From the NCBI GenBank assembly GCA_002189035.1, contig NEEC01000019.1:1-64000 (forward strand): a DNA stretch of 64,000 bases. The letters are read 5' to 3'. The position numbers and the translations under genes are program-made. Below, in pieces: positions 39,679-51,836 of the stretch. Each line of letters starts with the position of its first letter. The stretch's first letter is position 1. Source of the DNA: Utricularia gibba. Its lineage: Eukaryota; Plantae; Magnoliophyta. A model generated the notes under the pieces. The model searched no databases. It was not told the DNA's origin and worked only from the letters and a program-made list of their open reading frames with translations.

Positions 39679-41350
39679 TGATGTCATTGACGAGGAGCTA
39701 GGTGCTTTTCAGTTGTCTATTATTAATGCATTTGTGTTCTTTTGTAGGTGAAACTCTTTTCCTACTTAACCCCAAGATTGAGAAATCACATAAGAGTAAA
39801 AGAAGCATGCAAAGAAGAAACAACATAAGCCAACCACAAAGATCAAACAAGGAGCTGCTATACACGAATCACTTGTGGATGCAAATGTTGTGGAGAAGTC
39901 TATGTAGGAATATGATAGCCCTAATTATTACTACCTTGAAATCTACATAAATTTTCTAGAGGAAGCTACTACATTTGTACTCCGACCAAGAATCATTTTT
40001 TTTTTATTTTCTACGGAAATAGGAATGACGATGCACACTAGCACTTGGATGGCTTTATTTCAATCAGTGTGGTAGTCAAACCGAAGGAATTGAGAGAGGA
40101 TAGTATGTTGTTACAAGTTTTCCAATTTAAATTTGAAGGAGATGCGAAGGATTGGTTCAATACTTTGGAATCAAGAAGCAGAGAGAGCTGGTAGAAATGA
40201 AGGAATTCTTGAACAAGTATTTTCAATTTACAAAGGTTACGGAGTTAAGGAGAAAAATTGTAGATATTTATCAGTTCATGGGAGACTCGTTGCACAAGTA
40301 TTGGGACAAGTTGAATAAATTACTTGCGACCTATCCTCATCACGGGTATGAGTTGTGAAATTCTTTTTGGAAGGTCTATTACTATCGATGAGAACATAGT
40401 TAGATGTTGCTACTGTAGGAAGCATGAGAACTCTGACTCCTACCCAAGCTTGGATGAAGATCAAGGAGATGATGGAACAGTCTCATCATTCTTATTCTAG
40501 AAAGAATGTCTATAGTTAAGTGAATTCTGTTGGAGAAAGCTCAATGTCATGTGGGATGATGAATCAATGCTTTGATAATGTGAAGAAGACGGACAAGAAA
40601 ATCAGCGAGCTACATGATATGATGAGAGAATTATGCATGGTGCAATCTAAGTTTCATCATGTGAGCTATGCTCTGTTCCATGACATAAAGCAGAAACCTT
40701 CTCGTTGACGTATGACAATGTGAGAGTCGATCCCATGGTGTATGCGGAAAATCAAGGAGGATGGCACCAAGCTTGGGACTACATTCCCAAACATCTGAAT
40801 TTGAGTAGGAGAATTGTGAATGCTTTGAATCAACATCTTCTATAGCAGAACCAGCCACACGAAGTCACCAAGTCTCAACAACAACTCGTACAATAGACTC
40901 AGTCATAGGGATAGACTAAGAGAAACATTCAGCAGAAGCATTTGCAACAAAGAACGTATCAGCCTCCTCATTAGTGGAGCGATCAAGTGAAACCAGGACC
41001 CTCTTAAGAGGAAACGTGCATTGAAAGAGAGGATAGCAAAAAGAAGAAAGAATCAATTCAAGGAGCGATCAAGCACATTTAAAAGCAAGTCGGACAATTG
41101 GAAACATGAGTTCAAGAACAAATTTGGAAAGGTGCCTTTTCAATCATCAGTGAATCCACAAGGAAATCTTTCAGCAATTGAGTTGAGAAGCAAGATGAAA
41201 TTGCCCAAAAGAGAAGTGATCCAGCCTCACTATCAACCTAGCAGTGAACTACTTTGAGAAATAAGCCAGAAAGAAAACCTAGCAAAAGATAGTGGTGGAG
41301 GGCAATCTGCACACCCACCCATAGAAGAAAAGATTGAGGTAAACGTTACT
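39679..41350 (+). pseudogene. Athila-type PBS and gag remnant
   Basis: tgatgtcattgacgagga at 39679-39696 resembles the Athila PBS tggcgccgttgccgggga; LEGDAKDWFNT; FLNKYF...ELRRKI...SLHKYWDKLNKLL..YPHHG; VNPQGNLSAIELRS. Confidence 0.8.
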
Positions 41351-42799
41351 CAGCCCCCATTCTGGGGAGGTTAAGTCACCTTTTAGTTCTCCATAGGTGC
41401 AATAGTGTCTCATTTAATAAGGGGATGAGGATCTTCTCCAAATGCTACTTTACTCTTTACTCCCTTTCATTTCCGTAGTCTTCGTCTTACCATAGGACCT
41501 TTGCACATCTCAACCATGGTGGCCGCCTCTTCCTCTGACTCTATCACCCCTCCTTTGGTCACCCTCGATCATACGCATGTCCTAGCATCTCCATTGCTCC
41601 TTGATTCACCGGCTAATGCGATGCCCCCTGCTTGACATTTGCCTAGATCTGAGGCTAAGCCCTTTACCGATAACCCTAGGTCCTCTTTGAGTGAGACTTT
41701 GCTCATCGTGAGATTGAGGCTGATATTTTGTAGTTGCTACTGGCCCTCTGGGTGAAGCACCTTCATACCCTTGCCTCCACCACCCTCTTGACCATCTCGG
41801 ATGCCCCACAACCCTCTGCTTCAAGTGTCGCACTCAGGCACAAGCAAACTCCCTCACGAAAAGCTCCTCCTATTATAGATCTGGACGAACCAGTAGATTT
41901 TTCCCTTACCCAGGCTACACCTTCCCATTCTGCTTCAAGTGTCCCACATGTTGCATTGCTATTACTCGTGGCCACCACCTTTGCTGCCCCACCTCCATTG
42001 GTAGACCGCTTGACTCCTAAGCCTCCCTTGACTCTTGACTATATTTATGCTGATTTCCTCAAGGATGAGTCGCCTCTTAACTTGTTGGAGAGAGTTACCT
42101 CCAAGATGATGATAGGAACAACTCAAGATGTTGCACAAGTGGACAACCAGAGCTTCGTCCTACCTAGAGCAATATCAATAAGGTCATGACCACTAGGGAA
42201 TATAAACTCGATTGTAGACAACAGCAGAAGAAGATATGGCTACTAAACAATGGGAAGAGCAAATGGAAGCAATCAAAAAGCCGTAGAGAAGGAATCAAAG
42301 CCAACTACACCACCCAATGAGGAAACGAGGGAAGAGTCCACCAAGATAAGCAAAGGGATACAAGAAAAAGACAACTACGGAACAATGGAGTAAGCACCAA
42401 CAAAACAACAGAAAAGCACAGGAAACATCATGAGCTAAACAACATAAGGGAGAGAAATGTAAGAAGAAGAAAACTAACCCCTTGTTGAATCTACCCTATT
42501 GGCAGACACGGACATCACCATGGTAGATTAGGAGGATTGCTCAAGGAGAAGGCCATGCCTTTTTCAACAAGGTAGACATTGATATCTTCATAGAACCTTG
42601 GATTCAGCAGCAAAGCTCACAAGGAGAAGCTGGACATAATTTTGGAGAAAGATTGGAATCACCTTAGGTGTTAGTGAGGAATCACCCTAAAACTCATATT
42701 AGATGGTACATCATTCCTCAAAAGTTTTCTGAATCATCTCTCTATCTGTGCCGAACTATGTTATGAATCTGTCACGACACTTGCATATGATGTGGCTGA

Positions 42800-43560
42800 A
42801 ACTGTTTTTGAGCAGGGAATAATTTCATTTATACAATTTGAAAAGTGGTTTGCACATTCGTTGGCTAATTGAAATAGAGCTATAGGTTTTGTTTCTATGG
42901 AAGTGTTGAATTTCTACTGCTTTTCAAACATCCATCTTCGATTTCCCTAGTATTGACTATTTTGATGAGCACGAAGTTTATGAACAGTTAACTGAGCAGT
43001 GTGAGGTAGTTTTCTAACAAAAAGAAACTAAGGCTAGTCTTATAGTCAACCATGTGTGGAGGATCATTCACGTTTTAGTTTCTACTTCTTTCTTTCTACA
43101 CCAACACACTTTCAACTCCCTATTTAAAAATGAAACCTTTATATTGTGGAGTTTGATGATCAAAGAGCCCTTAAATGTGGGAGCATTACTTGCTGATTCA
43201 ATGAAGAAAGAAGTAGGAAACATAAACCATGTGCTAACTTTGTGATTCGACAATTGTTTTCATATTTGGCTTTTAAGGAATTTGGCTCTGATGTGATGGA
43301 AAATGTCTACTTGTATATGAGACCACCTCCGATTCCTATTGACTTGTATTTCTTGACGAATATTGCAATGATTCGACTTGACAATGGCAAGATCATCTTT
43401 TTAATGAGCATAGGTAATGAGAAAATCAGGGAGCAGGCCCTGCCCAATGCTCTGGAACACTCTTCATCTATAGGAGCTAGAAAGATGATTGAGAAAAATG
43501 GAGATTGCTGCATTAAACTTTCAAGATGTATTTAGAGATATTGTTGGATTTGCAGAAGAA
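42800..43560 (+). pseudogene. Athila extra (env-like/ORF2) remnant
   Basis: RIIHVLVST...ETFILWSLMIKEPLNVGALLADSM...IRQLFSYL is typical of the Athila 3' ORF. Confidence 0.6.
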
Positions 43561-44049
43561 TGCAGGTCCTACTCCCCCTCCTAATCCTTGATTCAACTCT
43601 TACCTAAATTTTTGTGTAGATATGTGTTTTCTTTGTCATTTGTGTATCATTTTCTCTCCGTTTCCATTGCACAATATGTGTTTGCTTTATGTCTATTTGT
43701 TTCTCATGGAGTTCTGTTGAGCATGTTTAGGAATTTCGAATAATGTTAGAAGTGTAAAATGTCCACCCTCTTTATTCTGTCAAGACTCAACATGTTTAGT
43801 TCTTATCTACTTAAGACTTATATGAGGGTAGCCAAATTTTAAGAGAAATGCTTACATGCAGCCTACATTTTTCTTTGTTTGCACTAGCATTTACTTTTGA
43901 ATAGTAATGTAGTGGTCTGCCAATCTATGGCTGTGTGGGTTGAACTCAGTTAGATATATAGACAGTGGTTGATGCACAAGGAAACAATTATAGATAGAAT
44001 AAATATCACAAAAGCCTGCTAAACTCCAAAACTCGAGCTGTAATATAAA

Positions 44050-45200
44050 AAAACGAGAGCTAGAGGTAGCGACTTAAACACCATGAATATAGTACCCCAA
44101 ACATAGTGGTTTGACGAACCAGTCTAGGAGAAATAAGGATGAACGAAAGTGAGGGGAAAGCGACAAGGCTGTAATGGAGAAGTTCTGAGCCTTCTATATT
44201 TTTGTAGTACCTCTCTATGCATCATTTTCATCTTTTAGCCATACCTTGTCAATAAGTCTTCAGTGGCTTGCTAGGGTAAAACTTATAGTGTCACAGCTTG
44301 TATGCCACTACTTGCTAGGATCGAGTTAGTGTAGATGCAGATTAGATTTTTGAATATATATAGTATGCGAGTAACCTCTATTATCTATGGTTGAGTGAAA
44401 TTGTTCTAACATGTGCTTGCTACATCAATAGCATGAGTTGGAAAACATTCTTAGTCTTCGGTATTTTCATGTGTCTTTATGGATGTTTTGTATGGTTCAA
44501 TGTTATTTTGCATGCCTAATTGTTTTTTTTTTTGTGTATTTAGTTGGTAGGAATGTGTTTATTGTTAAAATAGGCTTAATTGACAACAATTGAGCCGTAA
44601 ACTCTCATATTTCCCTCTAATCTGTGTTTAAGTCTTAACATGGTAAGAGTTAATACTAGAAGCTTACTTCCCGCATTGAAAAGTTAGAAGGGGAAAAAAT
44701 TGAGAAAAAGTGGCTTTTAGCCAAAAGCAGTCGACTTCTCAAAAGTTAGAACGGTGGTTCTCTAGTGACACCTCTAACTAGCTTTCAGATCTACTCACAT
44801 AGACTAGTTTTTTCTCTCAAACTCTTCAAGTCAGCTAATCTACAAATGATTGCAATCAATTAACACTTTATTTTCACTTTTTGTAATACTGTTTCCCATC
44901 TTGAACATGTTTTTCAGTATTTTCTATGTTTCTCTTGCAATTTTGGTGCTTAGTTGTGAACTGGAAACTTCCTACAAACGTTATTTTTGTTTATCCAGTC
45001 ATTCTTACTTCAATTCTTTGATTCTTAGTTTTTAAGTTTAATATAGCAACTTTTCTCACACTCTTTTCCATAACTCATTGGTGTGATAAAGTTGGATTTA
45101 AACCTAAGGATTCCTTTGAAAATTCAACAGCCAAATCTTGGGGAAAACCCTAACAGAATCACTTCCCTCATGTGCTTTACGGATATCTTTTAACCTTGCA
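44050..45200 (+). mobile_element. Athila-type 3' non-coding region and partial 3' LTR
   Basis: Homologous to 60-1500 (e.g. acaacaattgagccgtaaactc vs gcaacaattgagcagaaaactc). Confidence 0.65.
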
Positions 45201-45262
45201 ATGCACTCATGCTATTTACTATTATTTCATGTCTGATAAATCTTCTACATTGAAGAAAAGAG

Positions 45263-48200
45263 TATTAGTGTATGTGTTCTAGAGACAATCAAACTCATTG
45301 CCAAATCTTATCTTTGGATATTTACTTTGAATTGTGATCAAATTTATATCATTAATAAAATCCTCTACTTGATCTATGTGCTATAGAAATTATTATGAGA
45401 TCCTAATGTGAGATTCTTCAAGCATTTATGTTCAACTTAAAAACTCCCTGGCTAGAGTGCTTGTGAAATGAGAATATCACAAATACGGATAAGCTAGCAC
45501 ACATTGAGTTCTATAAACTGTTTAGGCAATAGTTCTCACAATTGATGTAATGAGATTACTAGAACCTATGTGTGGGTGTCGATTAGAGAATCGATTCACT
45601 GGATAACTCATCTTCGAGATGCTACTATGGAAAGCTAACCAAGTGTCAGTAGCAAGATCTCGAATATGACAGCCATGCAAGTAAGCTTAGACTTGAAGTC
45701 AACAAAGTTATCTTGATCTTAAGCTCACATTTTCGCTCATTACTAATGAGAGCCTAACCATGGCTTGCCTAGTATGGATGAGTAGGGATGTGACTCCTTA
45801 AAGTTGGAGATAGTTGATTGATCAATAAAGGATTCATCACTCAAGTTAGCGATGAGATCATATCTCAAGTAATTACATCAAAGTCTAATGGTAAGTACTG
45901 GGCCCATGGTAATGACACTTGAATTGTTTGAGTAGGTCATTGAGTGTTAGTGCTTGAATGCAATTATAAGTTCGATACATCAGCAAGACACACCCATGTT
46001 TTGGTATCGAATGAGATATAAGTATGATGAAAGCTGTTCATTGCATGGTGGCTGGTCATGGAAAGGCTCAATCAGTTCACCTGATTATTCTTTAATCTTG
46101 GGGATCATGATATGTTGCTAGACATCACTCATGATCGATAATGATGGATTTGATTAATTAAGAGGTAATTAATAAATCCATTATTACGGCCTTGATTGAG
46201 GAAGCCTATAGGGTCACACATAATAGTGGACTCACTCATCGATATAAAATAGAATGACACAATTACATGAGATGTAATTGGTAAAGTGGATAAATCAAAT
46301 AGAGAGTTATTTTGAGATTAATATTGATTAAACTCAAAATAAAAGATCTCATATAGATATGATTTGATATGTCACAAAATATCTATCAAAAGATTTAGAT
46401 ATTGAGATCTGCTCGAAGGTCTTTTGTGTTCTCTGAGACTTATCCACAAGAAGACATTTTTCTCTATTAGCACCTGAGAAATTCGACCAGTATTCAAGAG
46501 CCTTGAGAAGGTTATCGACAGAGTGCTCCACGTGTGGATACGATAGAGGCCGTCTGCTATTGGCGGTTGGTGAACAACGGAGTCATGTGAAAGGTACTTT
46601 GAACATCCTTCGTCTGATATATACCGTATTCCAAGATCTGTGATTGGGGTTTCTCAAAATTTTTAAAATTCCGTTGTTTTTTAGATATATACCGTAATTT
46701 GAACGACTCGAGAATTCCCATTTATCAGCTATAAAGAAAGCCCCTTATCATCCTCCTTGCATTTATTGCACACTATTCAAGCATTTATGTCAAGTTTTCA
46801 CTTTGCTATTTCTATTCGGACACTCAGTCTTAGGTCAGTATCCAAACACTTGGGCCTATGCTGCTGTTTGAGTGCTCACTCTCAGCCTTGTGTGTCCACA
46901 GAGTTAACTATGCTATCTTCAAGCCAATTCCTAGATACCAGGTAAACTAGAGTCTTTGAGCTCTCTACATATACTAGGCTCGTCACTATTTTCCATGGAC
47001 ACTTAGGACTTTTTTCCTCTTCCTCAACTACTAAGTCTCTCATGCATGGGTTCTTGCTATGTCATTTGTGATTACTGAACCTTCTTCGAGTTTAACATGC
47101 ACTTTCTATTCGAGTTTTCAATAAAAGAAAATATATTTACAGAGAGTCCATGCATAAGTCTTCTACACATGAAGAAAGCTTTCTAACAGACAATTCATAC
47201 TTAGATATTCTTTATAAGAAAGTACCTTCTTGAGCAACTCTCATTTGTGTTTTCTATACATCATCAATCATAAAATAAAAGCAAGATCCAGTTCTATCAC
47301 ATACTAGTATTCCTAGCTCGAAAGAGAAGCCTAGTTTGCTCTCACGCTAAAAGCATTCAGTAAAAAAGTGTTCTTCATCTCTAGTTTGTGTTACTCTTTC
47401 CTTATCCTAGAAGCTCTACTAGGAAAAATCTCATTTGATGTGTTTGGGAGTTATTGGGGAACTCCTTCCTTTGTTGCCAAAAGAAAAATATCCTCTTACA
47501 CTTTTTTGTCTAACGTGTAAAGTTGTGTAAGACTTCTTCTTTTTTACTTACAGTCAGCTATCTTGTCTCCTCCCATTCACATTTTTCTTTTGCCACTAGT
47601 CATTAAATTTGAATGGTTTTTTTCCACTTTTTCCTCATGCTCCCTTGGTCTTAATAGATTATATGTCATATTGATTTTGCAAATAAATTGTTATTGAGTT
47701 GATCCTAGCCTTAATGCAAAAAACTTATGAGAGTGGGCCATAAATTAAATCAATAATTTACTGTATTTTTACAAAAAGATAATGCAAACCATACCAAAAT
47801 CATATTTCAGCATAATTTGACTACTAGTGACTCTAGTTTCTTAACATAAAATCATAATGAATGTGTATTGTCATATTATGCTATGACAACATTAAATTTA
47901 TCCCTGAATTCTGATTGAGACTAGCAAAATTCCAACTTCAAACTAAAACATGGTGATACAAATAACTAGTTTTCTTTTAAGATGCATGAAGAAATGGAGT
48001 GCTTGGATATGAAACAATTTACCATTCAAGTACGTATAGTCATTGTTCTCATGAGGAATGATTTCAAGAACTAAAAACATTTAACAATTATAATTTATGT
48101 ATGATGGTATTGAGCAAACTCTCTAGCCTCCTTATTTCAATTTGATATCTTCTACTCTTACGAATTGATTAATCTCATCTCAAGCACTCGTCACTATGCC

Positions 48201-50070
48201 TTCACACTCTCTTTTACTCTGTGTGGTTTTTTTTTAAAGCAATAGGTCTCATCGTAATTCTTTTAGTGATGCTTTTTTATCCGATTTCTTTTTGTCTATT
48301 TTTTTGTTGGTAATCAATAGCCTAAATACAAACAAAAATATGCCAATTCACATTAATCTGAATTGCACTGCCTAGATTCTAGTAATCATGCTTGCTCTCA
48401 GGAAAAAAAAATAAAAAAAAATGGTCATTCATTGTTCTCACAAGGTTTCAAACAAAGTTCATGCATCCTAGATATTATTTAAGAGAAAATTTTATTATAG
48501 GCAATAAGCTTATATCCAATTTTCATTTTTTGTGTCAATTTTTTTTGTTTCATTAAAAGCATTAAACATATAAAAACCATTTCAATTTTAATTGATACCT
48601 AAAAAAATAGTTTTTTATTTCATTGAATCACTAGTACGATCGATTTCATTAAAACCATTAGTGTAGATTTTCAATTAAACATATCAAAATCATTACTAAA
48701 GCCATGAAATATTTCAAAATGCTCCTTTTTCATCGAAGATTTCCAAATCCCTCCAAAAAACTTAAGAATTATTTCCATGTGTATTCCTTTTGGATTTCAA
48801 CAACTGGATATGCGATTGGAAAAGGGAATTGAAAATATCACACTTTTGCTTAAAAAATTGGATAAGATGTGGGAGTTTTTAAATTAAAATGAGAACAATA
48901 TTGCATAAATTAAGAATTGAAATATGTTCCTTCGACTCGTTGCTATCATCCTTCCTTTGTGTTGTGATCCTCTTTCCTCTCCTCTACAGTTACTCCATTC
49001 CATGCTCATTTTCCTTACATTTGTCTAAAATCTACAATTTTCAGCATCTCACTTTCTAGGTCGTTCGGGATTCAGGTATGGAATGATTTTAATCTACAAT
49101 AGTATGCTTAATTACTTAGAAAATTGATCGATGACACTAAACTATTACATAATTACATCACTTTGGGATTGTTAATATCTTATCATACGTTTTCGGAATA
49201 AAACTTGCTTATATATCAATTAATCATCGTTGTTGCTGTGTAATATTCGTTGTTTTCATATTTTTATTTTGTAGCATCATCAATGGTTTGTTATGTTATT
49301 GTGAAAATGACTTGTTTGGCTATTTTTTTATCATTTTTAATTAAATATGTTGTCGTTTTATATACTATTTAGCTAGGAATTAATGTTGTTTAAATATGCA
49401 TGAAGTCGCCATGCATTGAAATCGGAGAACCTATTATATATAAAATAGAGTAGGTTAAACAGATAGAGGAAGAGTTGGATAGTTTTAGTGATTCCGTACT
49501 AAAACTTCATTTTAAATCCAACTCTAAAGATTGTAACATGGAAGGGGAGGCATACTTTACAAAATCATAGGACATGTACACTAAAGCAATTAAGTGAAGA
49601 TCATATCATAGCATGTGGTCCATGCAATGTGAATAAGTCAATCTGATTGGGAAAAACCTTAGTAAAAAAGATTAGAAAAATTCCGAATATAAAAACAGGA
49701 AAATTCAAAAACAAATTTAGGAGAATCTTTGAACATTTAGAACTAGAAAAGTGCATTTAACATCATTCATGGACATGATGTTGAACAATTTTGCATATTG
49801 TCCAGGTACGTAGCAGAGGTGAAATGAGCTAATCTGGAGAAAGCCTGTTTTATTTGAAGTGTGAATGTTTACCTGGTGGTAAAAAAACATTTAGTAAGAT
49901 ATGTGGTTGCCTTCAAGCTTGTAGAAAGACTTTTCTAAATTTCTGTAGACAATTGGTAGGGGTAAATCGGTATTTGTCAGTTGTAGTTGAGATTGATGCA
50001 AAAAACAACATTTTCTATTGCTTGGGATGGGATTGAAGCGGAAAATGATGGAAATTGGACATGGTTCATT
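45263..50070 (+). repeat. Segmental duplication, copy B: Angela-like LTR (45263-46720), copia remnant and Mutator remnant
   Basis: Near-identical to 29152-33959; different upstream and downstream flanks. Confidence 0.97.
49390..50070 (+). pseudogene. Mutator transposase remnant (duplicate), cut at WTWFI
   Basis: Same sequence as 33280-33959 but lacks the RLLAKDM continuation. Confidence 0.85.
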
Positions 50071-50140
50071 TTCTCTTCCGCTTCCTCGTCTGTGTTATGT
50101 GCCTCTTCCTCTTCTGTTTGTGATCTCGTACTTGATGTAG

Positions 50141-51122
50141 AATTCGCCTCCGTGGACAAGGAGATTTCCAAAAACGTGATCAAAGCAGCATTCCTGGAAA
50201 CAGAAAGGGAGTTTCTTTCTCTTGTGAAGCAGCAATGGATGTGCACGCCACAGATTGCTTCTGCGGGTACGTGCTGCTTGGTTGGGGTCATATGCAATGG
50301 GCTTCTGTATATCGCCAATGCGGGAGACTCGAGAGTGGTTACTGGCAGGGGAAAGAGGACCGGCAGAGGGATGGAGGCGATTCAGCTGTCGGAAGAACAT
50401 AACGTCAACATTGAATCAGTCAGAAATGAGCTCCAGCGGTTGAACCCCAATGACCCGCAGATTGTGGTTCAAAAGCACCAAGTTTGGCGTGTAAAGGGCA
50501 TCATACAGGTAGGCGCATAGCTTTGATTCCTGTGTTCGGGTCTTTCATTGCAGCTGTTGAACAGAAAACCATTCGCTCTTTCACAAGGTGACAAGATCCA
50601 TCGGAGATGCTTATCTCAAGAGCTCCGAGTTCAACAGGGAGCCTCTATTGCCGAAATTCAGAATATCAGAGCCCTTCAGTTACCCGATTCTCAGTCCAGA
50701 GCCATGGATTACGGTGCAGGAGCTGAATCCCAATGATAAGTTTCTCATATTCGCATCAGATGGCTTGTGGGAGCATCTCAGTAACCAAGAAGCTGTTGAG
50801 ATCGTCAAGAAGAATCCCCGTTCTGTAAGCCAGAGCGACAGGTGAACCAACTTCAATAACAATAAATGATCTGATCTAAAATATTGTCATGCAGGGCATT
50901 GCAAGAAAACTAGTTGACGCAGCCCTCTGCATAGCGGCGAAGAAGCGTGAGATACTGTACTCCGACTTGAAGGATATTGGACCTGGTGTAAGGAGATACT
51001 TCCATGATGATATCACAGTCGTGGTTGTCTTTCTAGATCAATCCTCCAGCACGAGTTGTCCCAGAGTCTCGGTAAGAGGAGGTGGCTTTCTGGGTGAGGT
51101 CTTGATTCGGGATTCCATGTAA
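50141..51122 (+). CDS. PP2C.D: Clade-D protein phosphatase 2C (PP2C38-like), exons 2-4 only: 50141-50508, 50588-50824, 50895-51122; exon 1 not found in window
   Basis: Spliced frame is open: [33 protein letters not shown]|[54 protein letters not shown] introns at 50509-50587 and 50825-50894 sit at the conserved clade-D positions; phase-1 acceptor AG at 50139-50140 follows a pyrimidine tract. Confidence 0.93.
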
Positions 51123-51836
51123 ATGTGCAGCAGAGTTTTAATCGTCAGAGTGCTTGAGTGCTTGAAATACATGGATAGGAGAATGGGGGAAATTCAAGTA
51201 ATTGTAATGATTACAGACCTCCTAAAAACCCAGAATTCCGCAGAATCTCTGCAGCTTTACAATACTACAGTTTCCCCTCGTGAGATCATGAGCGAATATA
51301 GCAACTCCCTCTGAGTCAAATGTGCCTGTGACCCCCAAAACCACATCAGAAATGCTAAAGACTGAAGAACGCAACGCGCGAATGTGTGGAGTAGATCACT
51401 TTTAAGACATACAAGACGCATTTTCCAAACGATTTACGCGAAAATTGCACCGTTTGGAGCTTTATTTATACCAAAATAAATTTAAGACCCAGGAAAACAC
51501 ATGAAGAAGCAGAACCGGAAAACCGAAAACAATTGAACACCATGTGTAGGAAAAAGTGAGTATAAGAAAATGTCAGATGGACAACGAAGCATTCCACGCT
51601 AAGTAGAGATGAATCAAGCAAGTGAATTTTTGTAATCAAGTATTGTCCATTAGGACATGCAACTCACGTGACGTTTGAAAACATTTATCATGAACTCACT
51701 AAGCACAGAAGGGTCAAACCGCATCCTATCCACGAAAAAACCAGATGTAAAAACTAGGCACTGGAAATGTGTGAGGAACCTCACTGCCAGCAAGAAATCT
51801 ATATGTTATGCAAAGAGGCCAAATGTCAAGAATTAA

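Noticed and set aside
41734-42189. Pro/Ser-rich 151-aa ORF as a host gene
   Set aside because: Non-ATG start, stops upstream, no domain, embedded in a TE.
45263-50070. Duplication as a pure assembly artefact
   Set aside because: The copies have distinct flanks on both sides and real differences; not fully excluded without long reads.
50095-50736. Overlapping alternative-frame and antisense ORFs over the PP2C exons
   Set aside because: Expected shadows of GC-richer coding sequence; no independent support.
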